Assembly: GCA_026413945.1 (NCBI GenBank)
Contig: JAOAJX010000002.1
Location: 123,090 to 187,089, forward strand
DNA: 64,000 nucleotides
Direction of reading: 5' to 3'
DNA from: Candidatus Iainarchaeum sp.
Lineage (GTDB): Archaea > Iainarchaeota > Iainarchaeia > Iainarchaeales > DTGL01
Position numbers and translations under genes: made by a program. The first letter of the stretch is position 1. Every line of letters begins with the position of its first letter. The notes below the pieces were generated by a model. It saw nothing but the letters and a program-made list of their open reading frames with translations. It ran no database searches and was not told the DNA's origin. This document shows, in pieces, positions 46,965 to 57,362 of this stretch.

Positions 46965-47645
46965 ATGAAAGGAATTCTTGCTGTGGATTCTGGCACACTC
47001 ATTTCAATTTCAAGTTCTTGCTTGTTCGAGGTTATTGGAAAACTCTCTGAACAAGGCCTAAATTTCGTGGTATCAGAATCGGTTATCCGTGAAAGCATTT
47101 CTTATCCAATTAAGGTAAAAAGGTTTGAACTAAACGCGTTGAGGATAAGCGCTGGCTTAAAAAAAGGTTGGCTAAAGGCGGTTGCTTTGGATGATAAACA
47201 TACTGACTTAAAAAGAAGGATACTTGAAACAGCTAACAGCTGCTATTACTCAAGAAGTGGAAGCATTAAGATAATTCAAGACGGTGAAGCTGAAACGATG
47301 GCCCTAGCAAAAATGGTTTCTGCAAATGCAATAATTACAGATGAAAGAACAATGAGGATGCTTGTTGAGGACGCATATGGGCTCAGGTTACTTTTGCAGA
47401 AAAGGCGCGGGGAAAAAATAAAGATAAATTCTGAATTAGCAGAGTTTTTCAGAAAAGAATTCGGCAAATTATTAATAGCAAGATCAGCTGAAATAATTGC
47501 GCTTGCATACGAAATAGGGCTTCTAGAAGATATTGTTGGAAAAGTACCGAAGCTGCTTGAGGCCTCTCTTTATGCATTAAAATATGCTGGGTGTGCGTTA
47601 AGCTCAGAGGAAATTGAAAGTTTTTTAGAGCAAAATAAGATTTGA
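46965..47645 (+). CDS. PIN-domain protein
   Basis: VDSGTLI; VIRES; GEAETMALA; IITDER acidic active-site pattern. Confidence 0.72.
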   Translation: MKGILAVDSGTLISISSSCLFEVIGKLSEQGLNFVVSESVIRESISYPIKVKRFELNALRISAGLKKGWLKAVALDDKHTDLKRRILETANSCYYSRSGSIKIIQDGEAETMALAKMVSANAIITDERTMRMLVEDAYGLRLLLQKRRGEKIKINSELAEFFRKEFGKLLIARSAEIIALAYEIGLLEDIVGKVPKLLEASLYALKYAGCALSSEEIESFLEQNKI

Positions 47646-47664
47646 CAAAAAAACACTTATTATA

Positions 47665-50151
47665 TTATTTTATGTTAAAAAGCTTCTCAACCACTGCCAA
47701 TGCAACATATGGTTTATAGCCTTCTTCTACAAGTGCCCTATAAACTTCTCCTGGTTTATATGATTTGCTTGCTGGCTCAAGTATATTACAAAGCTTTCTT
47801 ATAAGTTCCTGTTCTTCTTTGCTGTAAAGCTTGCTTTCGTCTTCTGAAGCTTTAGCAACCCCGCCTGCAAAAACTGCAGCTCTTTTCACAAATTCTCTTA
47901 TTTCCTCTTTGGGCTTGGTTAATTCCTTTTCGATCTTTGCTTCACTCTTTGGCTTAATTTCCTGACTACCAATAGCAACCTGCGTTTGATTAGAAATACG
48001 CTCTTTTGGACTTTCCACTCTTTTCTCTGGAACGAGAGGAACAATTTCTTCAGGAATGTTAAGATCTTCGGCACTTGAAACTGGTGGTTTTGGCCATTCT
48101 GGCACTATTAATTGTTGTTGCACTGGCGTGTATGGTTCTTTCTTTGGCATTTTCTGGTAGTAATCATTAACGGGGGCTTTAAATGTTGGTTTTTCCATTT
48201 GCTGTGTAGTCTGATTGGCTGCAAATTCTTGCATTTTCTGGCCTTTTGGCGACCTTGGGATTTTGCTTTTAAGTTTACTAAAAAATGAGTAATTCGCAGT
48301 GCTGAGCTCTTTCTCAATTGCATCCATCTCATTTTGAAGAACCAGCATCCTGCTCTTGTACTCATCGATTGAGATTCTTCTTGAGAACAGAGCAGATTGG
48401 GTTGCTTGCATTTCTGACTCGATTTCTGAAAGCCGCTTAACAAGGGTGCTTTTGTTTTCTTTGTTTTGTCTAACACGTTTTAATAGCAAATTGAAGCCAA
48501 CGATAAAAATAGTAATAATAGTTAGAACTAAACCTAAAAGCAGCAAATTCAATGGCTCCTCAATTTCGGCAATTATTTCAGAAGAGCCGCTAAAAGGCTC
48601 TTTAAGCTCTAACTTTAATGTGTGTTTTCCAGCTAATTTCTCGGGGAAAACGTAATAGTAATAACCCTTATTATAATCCTTTTTAAGTCTTATTTCTTGT
48701 GACTTTTGGTCTATGGACAAAATTGCCTTAATTTCATCAACATTAACCAACGATTCATCTGAATACCTTAGGTTAACCAAAAGCTTGTTTTCTTGAGAAA
48801 GGGTTACTTTCTTATTTTCAGCGGGATAAATAAAAGATATCCCAAGGGTGCCTGTAACTGTTATTCTAAAAGTTTCAACATCGGCATAAACCAAGCCGTT
48901 GAGATCTGCCAAAGCATATAATTTTGCCTCAGCATTTCTTATCTCTCGCTTTGGGACATCGAATGAAAGCACAAAAAGGTTGCCTTCAGAACGCAATTTT
49001 TGATTTATATCCAAGGCCGGAATTGTTAAAAAAACATCCACGCTTTGATTTGGAATTCCAGTATCATTCTTTAAAAGAGCCTCAAAGGTTAGGTTCTGGA
49101 AAAAGCCGAAGGAATTTTCAGCTGTTTGGGAAGGTCTCTTTAGTGTAAGGTCAAATGATGGGTTATCCTTGAGTATGTTTATTTTTTGATCTGGGATGTT
49201 CAATTTATTTCCATAAAAGTCTTCACCATAAAATGAGAGAGAAATTTGGCCATCTTTTTTCTCGTAATCATTAAGTGTGAAAAAGTAATTGAAGTCGGTG
49301 TAAAAACATTTTCCATCATATAAGGCCTGTTGTTTTTTCAGAAGGTTACCATCCTTTAACAGCTCGACGTAAAAGTTTCCATTGGCAACTTTAGAGCCGT
49401 TTGGATAGGCTAAACAAAAGTTTATCCTACCAAGGTTGTCTGCGATGTAAAACCTTCTCTCCTCTAAAGGATTTTCTGAGAATCTAAGTTCAAGCGGTGA
49501 GAAGTAAAGTGGTATTTTTGCTGTTATCTGTGTTGTTCCGCGCATTGCACTAAAATTAAGAAATTCCACTGCTGAGAAATCGTTCGAGGGTGTGATTGTT
49601 ACCTCAAAACCGCTTTCGCTAATAGCTCCTTTCTCTACAGGTCTACTACCCATAAGTATATTGACATCTTTAAGGTACAAGTTTATTGGGTTGCCGCCAG
49701 AATCAAGCACGCTAAGGAAGGCTTTAATAGGCACATCTTTCGTGTTAAAAGAAGTAATATCCTTTGGATGCAACATTACAACTTTTGCTCGGCCACGCCT
49801 TATGTTAAGGGTTGTACTTCTTGAATCAGAACCACTCGGCGTAGTGATTGTTAAGCTTAACGTAAACTTCTGTTCGGCAAGCTTGCTTTCACTTATGTAA
49901 AAAACATGGTATACAGTGTTAAAATCACCAGAAATGCTTGTGCCATCACCAAAAGACCAAGAGTAGTTTACATCGTCTTTTTCAGTGATGTCCAAAACAG
50001 TAACAGCAGACATAGTAATAAGTTCCCCTTCTTCATAATAATACTTTTTAGGTGATATGTTAAAGTCAATTATTTTTGGTGGAATTGTTTGGGCAAAAGC
50101 GTAGCTAACAAAAAGCACTAAAATTGCTACTATAATTGCTCTGTTCCACAT
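47665..50151 (-). CDS. Large surface protein with a PKD domain, TM anchor and cytoplasmic tail
   Basis: Signal peptide; YSWSFGDG PKD motif; beta-rich region; TM; coiled-coil and Pro/Glu-rich tail. Confidence 0.75.
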   Translation of the reverse strand: MWNRAIIVAILVLFVSYAFAQTIPPKIIDFNISPKKYYYEEGELITMSAVTVLDITEKDDVNYSWSFGDGTSISGDFNTVYHVFYISESKLAEQKFTLSLTITTPSGSDSRSTTLNIRRGRAKVVMLHPKDITSFNTKDVPIKAFLSVLDSGGNPINLYLKDVNILMGSRPVEKGAISESGFEVTITPSNDFSAVEFLNFSAMRGTTQITAKIPLYFSPLELRFSENPLEERRFYIADNLGRINFCLAYPNGSKVANGNFYVELLKDGNLLKKQQALYDGKCFYTDFNYFFTLNDYEKKDGQISLSFYGEDFYGNKLNIPDQKINILKDNPSFDLTLKRPSQTAENSFGFFQNLTFEALLKNDTGIPNQSVDVFLTIPALDINQKLRSEGNLFVLSFDVPKREIRNAEAKLYALADLNGLVYADVETFRITVTGTLGISFIYPAENKKVTLSQENKLLVNLRYSDESLVNVDEIKAILSIDQKSQEIRLKKDYNKGYYYYVFPEKLAGKHTLKLELKEPFSGSSEIIAEIEEPLNLLLLGLVLTIITIFIVGFNLLLKRVRQNKENKSTLVKRLSEIESEMQATQSALFSRRISIDEYKSRMLVLQNEMDAIEKELSTANYSFFSKLKSKIPRSPKGQKMQEFAANQTTQQMEKPTFKAPVNDYYQKMPKKEPYTPVQQQLIVPEWPKPPVSSAEDLNIPEEIVPLVPEKRVESPKERISNQTQVAIGSQEIKPKSEAKIEKELTKPKEEIREFVKRAAVFAGGVAKASEDESKLYSKEEQELIRKLCNILEPASKSYKPGEVYRALVEEGYKPYVALAVVEKLFNIK

Positions 50152-50245
50152 ATTCCTAAATCTTTAATATGTTTCTAATTAATAAAGTTTACTGAGGTGA
50201 AAGTTCTTAAATAATTCTTTAAACAATTTTGCATTAAGAAAGAAG

Positions 50246-50497
50246 TGGGGTCAGCGGGATTTGAACCCGCACTAACAGGTGACTCCCAATAGAGCTCTTC
50301 AGCGGCTTTTTATTTTCTTCAGCTATCGAAAAGAAACCAAACTTTGTTCTTTTAGTCGCGATAGCCAGAGAAAGATTAAAAAAACCATTATATGCTCTAT
50401 TCTCACCTGTGAATCGTCATTGCTTACGCTCCGAGCTCCAATCATAATTAAAAATTTGACTGGAGCCTGCTGGGCTGCCTGGTTACCCCATGACCCC
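50246..50497 (-). tRNA. tRNA-Trp(CCA) with a 179-nt intron (50281-50459)
   Basis: GGGGTCA/TGACCCC acceptor; GCAGG-CT-CCA-G|intron|A-CCTGT; BHB with a CTCC/GGAG central helix and CAA/TTG flank. Confidence 0.92.
50281..50459 (-). ncRNA. Intron-encoded box C/D-like guide RNA plus a long hairpin
   Basis: ATTATGA (C-like), guide TTGGAGCT, CGGA (D'-like) places C34 at +5; ATGACGA (C'), then ACAGGTGA complementary to the 3' splice junction and nt 38-43. Confidence 0.72.
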
Positions 50498-50559
50498 GCC
50501 AAATATAATTTGGCAATTTAATGTTTATATACCTTTTTCTTGCACATGGAGGTTTTTAT

Positions 50560-52230
50560 TTATCCAGCTATCTCTATATTTATAATCTTTGTTTTATTTG
50601 CATCAACCAATAAGGAATTAAGTATAAGTTTATCATTAGCATAAACTGAATAATTTCCAGGCATAAGAAGTGCTTTGTAGAATAAGTTGCAGTCAATCTC
50701 TTTCGTTTCTGGCCCTTCAAACCTCAATGAGCTTCTCGCGAAATCAGAGCCAATTATGCAAGATCCGGCAACTATGCCCTTCGATTCATCTTTTGCACGG
50801 TCAAGGACTATTTTCCACGTCTTTGAAATTAATTCCTCGGCAGTTCTTGCAATGAAGGCTGGCTCATAGCCATCTCTGTAGTTGTAGAAAACAATCCTAT
50901 CTGTGCCTTTGTTGCCTATAAGAGGCAATTCCACATAACCATTCCATTCAACTAAAGAGTAAACTTCTTTTTTTGCGTCATAGATTGCACTTATTGTTCC
51001 TGTTGAGTCTCCCGTATCTGAAAGAATAATATTTGCCCGCATAGTGCCAAAAGATGCTTTATCAAGATTTGAAAGCTTCTGCTTTGCCTCTGAAGCATAT
51101 GGCGTTTCAGAATTTGAAAGTTGCTCAAATGTTCTCTTTGCTGCAAAGTAGTTTATTGCATTTATATTCTGCCTAGATACTTCTTTTTCATACTGTGATA
51201 AGTGGAAAGTTCCAAGCTCAAACAAAATCTCGTGCTGTTTGTTTTTATCGCCCAAAGCGCCATAGTTTTCGTAGATTAGCTTAAGGACATTTGATAAAAG
51301 CAGGGCATATTCATCGTTAAGATCTTTGCTTTCTAAGTCAAACTTTGCTGAAAGAGCATATATTTGCGACTCCTCAAGAAGCCCATAGGCATTATAATTT
51401 TTGGCTTTTTGGTATTTTTCCACAACGCTTATATTATTCATTGCAACAGAACAGCGCAAATCGAGGCTATTATAATCCTTCTTCACACCAATAAGTTCCT
51501 GTTCTATTTTCCTCTCGTAGCCATAAGCTGATTCTGTCCTAACGTATTTTGCTATGCGATTATTTTTATAGTCAAAGTAAAGTATTCCTTTAGTATCTAA
51601 AACCAAATCTTTTGTAGCTTTCCTGCCAGAAAATTCTATCTCTACCACATCGAATGTTCCGGCTTTTAAGGTTATTTGCTTTGTGCCTTTTAGCTTATAA
51701 GTTATACCTTCAAATGTCCAGCTCTCACCTATGGAAAGCATTCTTTGTGGCAAATAGAAGCTTGTTGCTGATGTCCAACCATAATCAACCTTACCATCAA
51801 AGTAGATATTTACATCTGAAACCTTGTTCTTATAAGGGATGTTGCCACAAATATCGACAGTGCCATTTTTATCAGTGGATGTTGCTTTAAGCATTATCAT
51901 TCTAACATGAGTGTGATCAGGGTAAGCATTTATAGCAAAAGTTGCTGTTTCCATCTCTTGCAGTGGTTGATTTTCATTGTTAAGGTTCGTATCTAGCGAA
52001 AGATAGTGAAACAGAACATGGTTCTGGTCAAAAGCATATTTTAGATAATATGTGTTTTTATCCTGGGTTGGAAAAGGGGTTTGGGTAAAAGTTGGGGTTG
52101 GCTCAACCTTTGGTGGCGTATTATTAAAGCATCCTGAGAGTATTAGAGCAAAAAAACATAAGGAAAAAAATACCAGCAAATGAAGCTTTTTCTTTTGCAA
52201 AAAAATCACCTTGAAACAATATATACTCAA
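50560..52230 (-). CDS. Putative lipoprotein
   Basis: LILSGC lipobox-like motif; Pro/Thr linker; TTG at 52200 after GGTGA is a likely start. Confidence 0.7.
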   Translation of the reverse strand: MSIYCFKVIFLQKKKLHLLVFFSLCFFALILSGCFNNTPPKVEPTPTFTQTPFPTQDKNTYYLKYAFDQNHVLFHYLSLDTNLNNENQPLQEMETATFAINAYPDHTHVRMIMLKATSTDKNGTVDICGNIPYKNKVSDVNIYFDGKVDYGWTSATSFYLPQRMLSIGESWTFEGITYKLKGTKQITLKAGTFDVVEIEFSGRKATKDLVLDTKGILYFDYKNNRIAKYVRTESAYGYERKIEQELIGVKKDYNSLDLRCSVAMNNISVVEKYQKAKNYNAYGLLEESQIYALSAKFDLESKDLNDEYALLLSNVLKLIYENYGALGDKNKQHEILFELGTFHLSQYEKEVSRQNINAINYFAAKRTFEQLSNSETPYASEAKQKLSNLDKASFGTMRANIILSDTGDSTGTISAIYDAKKEVYSLVEWNGYVELPLIGNKGTDRIVFYNYRDGYEPAFIARTAEELISKTWKIVLDRAKDESKGIVAGSCIIGSDFARSSLRFEGPETKEIDCNLFYKALLMPGNYSVYANDKLILNSLLVDANKTKIINIEIAG

Positions 52231-52273
52231 GAATGCTTAATTAAGTTTTTAAAGCATGGTTTGATGTTAGGTT

Positions 52274-52987
52274 TTAAACTTTGTCTTTTGTATTCTTGGG
52301 AGGTAGAATCTTATTCGCTTCAGCAAGTACACCAATTATTGCCTTTGCCTCTCGTTTGGTTACTGGAGCTCTTGAAACAAGATGCCTGAAAGATTTAATA
52401 GTAACTTCTTTGTTTCTTACTCTTTCTAATTTATCTGCTAATTCACCAAAAACATTAATAAGGGTTTTTTTAGTCTCGGCATCAGCACTATCAAACCTGC
52501 TCACAAACTTCTTTGAAAAAAGCTCGTAGAAAATAATTGCTGCGGCATGTGATATGGTAAGAGCCCTGTATTCTTTGCTTGAAGGTATATTCACAACAAA
52601 ATCGCATATCGAAAGTTCTTCATTTGTGAGGCCGTTTGATTCTCTTCCAAAAACAATGGCAATCTTCGCATTTGCTCTGCAAAACTTTTCAGCAAGCGTT
52701 TTAGGCGTTATCGCATTTCTTTCTATCTTTTTATCTTTGCATGATATCGCTGTTGTAGCTATAGAATAGTCGGTTTGTTCAATTGCTTCTTTTAATGAGC
52801 CAAAAACTTTTGCGCTGCTTAGAATATATCTTGCATGCATTGCCCGGCTTATTGCACCTGGGCTGCTTAATTCTGCCTTTGGATTAACCAAGATAAGTTC
52901 CTTGAGCCCGAAATTAGCCATTGCCCTTGCTATATACCCAATATTTTCTGGATATTCTGGCTCAACAAGCACAACTTTAATCTGCAT
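52274..52987 (-). CDS. trmJ: SPOUT tRNA 2'-O-methyltransferase, TrmJ/LasT family
   Basis: VVLVEP..NIGYIARAMANFG; FGRESNGLTNEEL; IPSS. Confidence 0.92.
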   Translation of the reverse strand: MQIKVVLVEPEYPENIGYIARAMANFGLKELILVNPKAELSSPGAISRAMHARYILSSAKVFGSLKEAIEQTDYSIATTAISCKDKKIERNAITPKTLAEKFCRANAKIAIVFGRESNGLTNEELSICDFVVNIPSSKEYRALTISHAAAIIFYELFSKKFVSRFDSADAETKKTLINVFGELADKLERVRNKEVTIKSFRHLVSRAPVTKREAKAIIGVLAEANKILPPKNTKDKV

Positions 52988-53092
52988 TATTTATTTTTGC
53001 ACTCAAAAGATTAAATTACTTTCCAGAAGAAGTTCTTTTAAGGAAAGTTGCAAAGGAAAACAATTTTAATAAGTGAAGTATTAAATTAATAG

Positions 53093-54406
53093 ATGGCTTG
53101 CAAGGCAATGGCTACATGGGTAATACTTATATTACCGCTTTTGTCGATATTGGCATTTAGCCTGGAATATGAACCTTCACAGTATGTTGCCAAGCAGACA
53201 TATCTCCTAAGAGAGAATGAAAGCATAGGAAATGTTTATGAAATATTACTTGAAAACAAAGAGTATTATGTCCTTCAAATTATTTCAAATAAACAGATTG
53301 TAGGATACATTGCTCTTGAAAGATATGAAAAAAAAGTTGTTACTGACACAATAAAGGCAAAAAACCTCATGCAGACAGCACACTTTCTTTCACAGTATAG
53401 TGATTTTAGAAAAAAAGTAAGCGATAACCCAAGTTACATTTGGTTTGTTGCGCAAAGCGCACAAATTCCACAAATTGTGCAGTCGATTGAAACTGAAAAA
53501 TATGAGCTTCAGACAGTGGCAGAAGTAATGAACACAAGTTCAGCTACAGAGAAAACTTCGGCGCTTTCGCGCATACTTGATGAGATGATATCAGAGTTAA
53601 ATGAGCTGAGAGTTTCTGAGCTAGATGCTGTTTCATTTGAGTCTGATTTCTTGAGCAACCCTGTGGCTGGAAACGAGAGAAAACTGAAAGAGAAAATGAT
53701 ATCATGCTTTGATCGCCTTGAATTAATACAGAATTTGAGAAAAGAATACGCGAGCTTGTTGACACTTTTGCGATTGGAGATAGCAAATGCGCAAAACTTA
53801 AATGTTGATGAAAAGAAGTCACTACAAAAAGCATCCGAGATGCCTGAAGAGTTTTCTAAAATAGAGCAATGGTACTTAAGTGCAACAAGTATGCATTTCA
53901 GCGAAAATTTAGATAATATGTTCGGTTCGGCCATACAGAATTCACTAACATTTGCCGATGGCATAAGTGTAAGGATCAAAAGAGATAATGCTTATAGAAT
54001 AATGTTTGAGGAAAACGAAACCGTAAGGAACGCAACAAAGAATGAGTTTTTGACACTTAAACAAGCATATGATACAATTATCAAAGAAGAGTATTATGAT
54101 AAGTGGGCAAACCAGGAAGAATTAATCATGCTCAAAGCGAACTGGAATAGGGCAAACAGTGCGCTCTCAAAAGAGGACTATGATAGTGCAACAGCATACG
54201 CGAAAAAGGCAATTGAAAATGCAATAAAAGTTTATAATGATGGGTGGGTTAGAACAAGTAGCGATGGAGGGAAAGAAATTGCTCAAAAAGCAATAATTGG
54301 GCTAATCATAATTTTGGTAGCAATAATTTTTTTTAGGTACATAAAAAAGAAAGGCTTGTTTTATTCTAGGGACGAAAACGACTACGAGGAAGTTAACTTA
54401 AAATAA
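53093..54406 (+). CDS. Secreted, C-terminally anchored helical protein
   Basis: Signal peptide; C-terminal TM followed by KKK. Confidence 0.65.
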   Translation: MACKAMATWVILILPLLSILAFSLEYEPSQYVAKQTYLLRENESIGNVYEILLENKEYYVLQIISNKQIVGYIALERYEKKVVTDTIKAKNLMQTAHFLSQYSDFRKKVSDNPSYIWFVAQSAQIPQIVQSIETEKYELQTVAEVMNTSSATEKTSALSRILDEMISELNELRVSELDAVSFESDFLSNPVAGNERKLKEKMISCFDRLELIQNLRKEYASLLTLLRLEIANAQNLNVDEKKSLQKASEMPEEFSKIEQWYLSATSMHFSENLDNMFGSAIQNSLTFADGISVRIKRDNAYRIMFEENETVRNATKNEFLTLKQAYDTIIKEEYYDKWANQEELIMLKANWNRANSALSKEDYDSATAYAKKAIENAIKVYNDGWVRTSSDGGKEIAQKAIIGLIIILVAIIFFRYIKKKGLFYSRDENDYEEVNLK

Positions 54407-54429
54407 AGATATGGTTTAGGACTTCAGTA

Positions 54430-55569
54430 TCAGTATATTTCAATTATATCTCCACTTCTTAAAACATATTCTTTGGAAACCCTTTGCCCGGGAAATTTTG
54501 TACTACCCCAAATTCTAGCATACCTTAAATTCTTGTAAAAATCCTTATGCAAAACTTTGGCAACATCCTCAACTGTTGACCCGAGAGGCATTGCCAACGG
54601 CTTTTCTGCAACAGGCCCAGATGGTTTTTTAGTATGGATTAAAATAAGCCCCAATGGCGCGAAAATTGCCTCCTTTATTGTATGAATCATTTCTTCTGAA
54701 AGGTTTCTAATCAAAAGAGAGCTCATTGCTTTGCTTATTTCTTCTGGAATATGGTTATTTCCTTGCTTATCAACAACCAAAGCCACTGCCTTTTTATATG
54801 AAACGCGCTTATTTAGTGCGAGCTCTATTTTTTTGTAATCAGCGGGTTCTGAGATTATTACCGTAAGGTTATTGTGATATCCTCTTGCCTTTAGGAAATC
54901 TTCAAGCTCCTTTTTTGGCATGATCAGAAATTTTTCCCCAACAATTGAAATGCCTTGAAACTCAGATTTTTTTATTTCAACCTTTGGCCTTTCAACATTA
55001 AGCAGAATATCTGCTTTTTTTAGCTCATCAAGCAAAATTTTATACTCAAAAGAAGCATTAGCAGCATCAATTACAAGGACAATTAGATCAGCATTTCTTA
55101 TCAAACCAAGCATCTCTGTTCCTCTTGCTTTTCCCTCGCTGCTACCTTCAACTAAAGCCGGAATTTCGACTATTTGTATTTGGGCCTTTTTGTAATCCAT
55201 CATTCCAACGACTGGTTCTTTTGTTGTAAATGGATATGGAGCAATTTCAACATCAACCCCACTCAGAGCTTTGAGAATTGTGCTCTTGCCTGAATTTGGC
55301 ATTCCAACAAGCGCAACTTGCGCAATTCCCTCTTTCTTAATTCCAATAGCATGACTTGATGTTTTTTTGCGTTGCTCTTCTTGCTTTTCTATTTTTTCTC
55401 GCATCATGCGTATTTTTCTGCTTATCTCAGCGCGCAGGTTTTCCGCACCTTTGTGATCTGGGGCGTACCTTTGCATCTCAATAAGTGCCTGAAGTTTTTC
55501 CTCGGGCGTTTTTGCCTCTTCATATTTCTTCTGTGCAAGCGCATATTCAACCGTAACATTGGTAGGCAT
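54430..55569 (-). CDS. DRG/OBG-family GTPase with a TGS domain
   Basis: MPTNV; GMPNSGKS; YPFTT; TGS region WGSTKFPGQRV. Confidence 0.93.
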   Translation of the reverse strand: MPTNVTVEYALAQKKYEEAKTPEEKLQALIEMQRYAPDHKGAENLRAEISRKIRMMREKIEKQEEQRKKTSSHAIGIKKEGIAQVALVGMPNSGKSTILKALSGVDVEIAPYPFTTKEPVVGMMDYKKAQIQIVEIPALVEGSSEGKARGTEMLGLIRNADLIVLVIDAANASFEYKILLDELKKADILLNVERPKVEIKKSEFQGISIVGEKFLIMPKKELEDFLKARGYHNNLTVIISEPADYKKIELALNKRVSYKKAVALVVDKQGNNHIPEEISKAMSSLLIRNLSEEMIHTIKEAIFAPLGLILIHTKKPSGPVAEKPLAMPLGSTVEDVAKVLHKDFYKNLRYARIWGSTKFPGQRVSKEYVLRSGDIIEIY

Positions 55570-55620
55570 AAAATGATTAGCTATAAAAAATGTTAAAAAA
55601 AGCTATTTAATGCAAAAAAA

Positions 55621-56142
55621 TCAGTTGTAGTACTCGCTACAAATGAATTTTGAGAGAGCAACAAGAAGTGCCTGTTCAAAAGCATCTTTTCTGGTTACAT
55701 GGCCTTTAGTCAATATTCCAACAGCGCCTTGCTTCTTCTTTACATCTTTTTTGCCGGAAAGTTTGTCCATTACAGGCCCAAGCTCTTCTCCCAATCTCAC
55801 TTTATTTGCAATTTTTTCAGGAAGCTGTATTTTTGAGGTGCAGCCAAGACCTATTTTGCCTTCTCTATCAATAATAACAACCCAACCACACAAAAACATT
55901 CCGTGTTTTGTCTCAATAGTTGTGCCCTCAAGCCCAACACCAAAATCAGCATTGGCCTTTTTAATGGCTTTTTTAGCTCTGTTCAATGCGCCTTTTATTG
56001 CTTCCTCATCACTATTCGGCTGTTCGCTTATGCCTGATTTGGCTTCGATGCTAACAAATTTTGCCTTTGGCCAAATCTTCCTGAATGCAGACCTAACTGC
56101 CTCAATCTTTGTTGGGTTCGATGTGCCTATTGCTACAAGCAT
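55621..56142 (-). CDS. yjjX: Inosine/xanthosine triphosphatase
   Basis: GTSNPTKIEAV; SGISEQP; GALNRA; GVGLEG; ELGPVMD; GAVGILT. Confidence 0.92.
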   Translation of the reverse strand: MLVAIGTSNPTKIEAVRSAFRKIWPKAKFVSIEAKSGISEQPNSDEEAIKGALNRAKKAIKKANADFGVGLEGTTIETKHGMFLCGWVVIIDREGKIGLGCTSKIQLPEKIANKVRLGEELGPVMDKLSGKKDVKKKQGAVGILTKGHVTRKDAFEQALLVALSKFICSEYYN

Positions 56143-56192
56143 GCATCACACCATAACGATTACTGAAAGGCATTAATTTAATTATTTTATCA

Positions 56193-57308
56193 TTAGCTTG
56201 CTTCATGCTTGACAACTAATGAGTTTCCTTCACAGTAGCGCATGCTGCTACAAGCATAATCAAAACCACTAATTGAGAAAACTGTTGGCATTATATCGTA
56301 TGCAGTGCCATCTCGCAAAGATATTTTTTCAGATCCAGCATATATAAAAGGAATTTGGCTTGCAAAGATATTTTTTTGGTCTTTTGCATGATACCCTTTG
56401 CATTTAACACAATCAAATATCATACCATGATCCGCTGTTATAAAAAACACAGTGTTTTCATCTTTCATATGCAAAAGCTCTTGAAGCTCGTTATTAAGAC
56501 CTTCAATACAAGAAATATAGCTTTTAACATTGAAGCGATGCCCACAAAGATCGGCGCCTTTTGCATTAGAGAAAAGAAAAAACTTTACATGAGGAAATTT
56601 TTCCCTCATGAAACTTACTAAAAGCGCATCAGTCTCAATTATGAAATTTGAATAGTCGATATAAAGATTTTCGTCATTGCGGTGATTTGCTTTTTTTTCA
56701 TTAGCTATGTTCTTGCGTGTTTCTAGAAAATATGCTATTTCTGATAACTCTTTGCTGCTACTGTTAAGTTCAATCTGAAAATCCCAAAAGTTAGAGTCAT
56801 AGAATGCAACATCAAAGTCTATGCGCGCTTCCCTAAAATCGCCAGCTTCACTTATCATAATACAAATGTAGCCTTTTGATCTGTAGAAATCACAAATAGT
56901 TGTCAAACCACTGTCATCAACACAATCCTTTATGTCTTCCCATTCGCGATTGCAATCACCGCCTATATAAAAAATTGAATGTGCTGATGTTGTTTCAGTG
57001 AACGGCTGCTCTGCTTTGGCAAAAGCAGAAGCTGACTTGAAAAAGCCAGATAATTCTGCTTTTTTAACATGAACACCATTCAGGCTTAAAGATCCCGAGT
57101 CAATTCCCTGAAGATATTTTGCACCGACACCATCAAGAACAAGGAAAATAACATTCTTGGTTCTATTTGCACCTGTTTCTTGAGAAACCCTTGGCGGCCT
57201 TTCTTGAAAATTATTAGTATTATAAAAATAAAAAAGAACGTATGTTGTAATAAGCACAAAACAGACGATTGCAAAAAAATAAAATCGCACAAAATAAAGC
57301 TTACGCAT
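56193..57308 (-). CDS. Membrane-anchored alkaline-phosphatase-superfamily enzyme
   Basis: N-terminal TM; FLVLDG; TTSAH; DLCGH; ITADHG; DIMPT. Confidence 0.8.
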   Translation of the reverse strand: MRKLYFVRFYFFAIVCFVLITTYVLFYFYNTNNFQERPPRVSQETGANRTKNVIFLVLDGVGAKYLQGIDSGSLSLNGVHVKKAELSGFFKSASAFAKAEQPFTETTSAHSIFYIGGDCNREWEDIKDCVDDSGLTTICDFYRSKGYICIMISEAGDFREARIDFDVAFYDSNFWDFQIELNSSSKELSEIAYFLETRKNIANEKKANHRNDENLYIDYSNFIIETDALLVSFMREKFPHVKFFLFSNAKGADLCGHRFNVKSYISCIEGLNNELQELLHMKDENTVFFITADHGMIFDCVKCKGYHAKDQKNIFASQIPFIYAGSEKISLRDGTAYDIMPTVFSISGFDYACSSMRYCEGNSLVVKHEAS

Positions 57309-57362
57309 TCTGTTTTTAATACTTCCTCAAAAACAATTTAAAATATTCACTACAGAAAATAA

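Noticed and set aside
50288-50401. Nested second intron inside the Trp intron
   Set aside because: The internal loop I checked does not form a 3-4-3 BHB
16057-50497. Integrated element or att sites at the tRNA genes
   Set aside because: No integrase or transposase in the window, and no duplicated tRNA 3' end noticed (not exhaustively scanned)
50279-50521. 80-aa plus-strand ORF, possible intron-encoded protein
   Set aside because: Antisense to tRNA-Trp, overlaps an exon, and has no homing-endonuclease motifs
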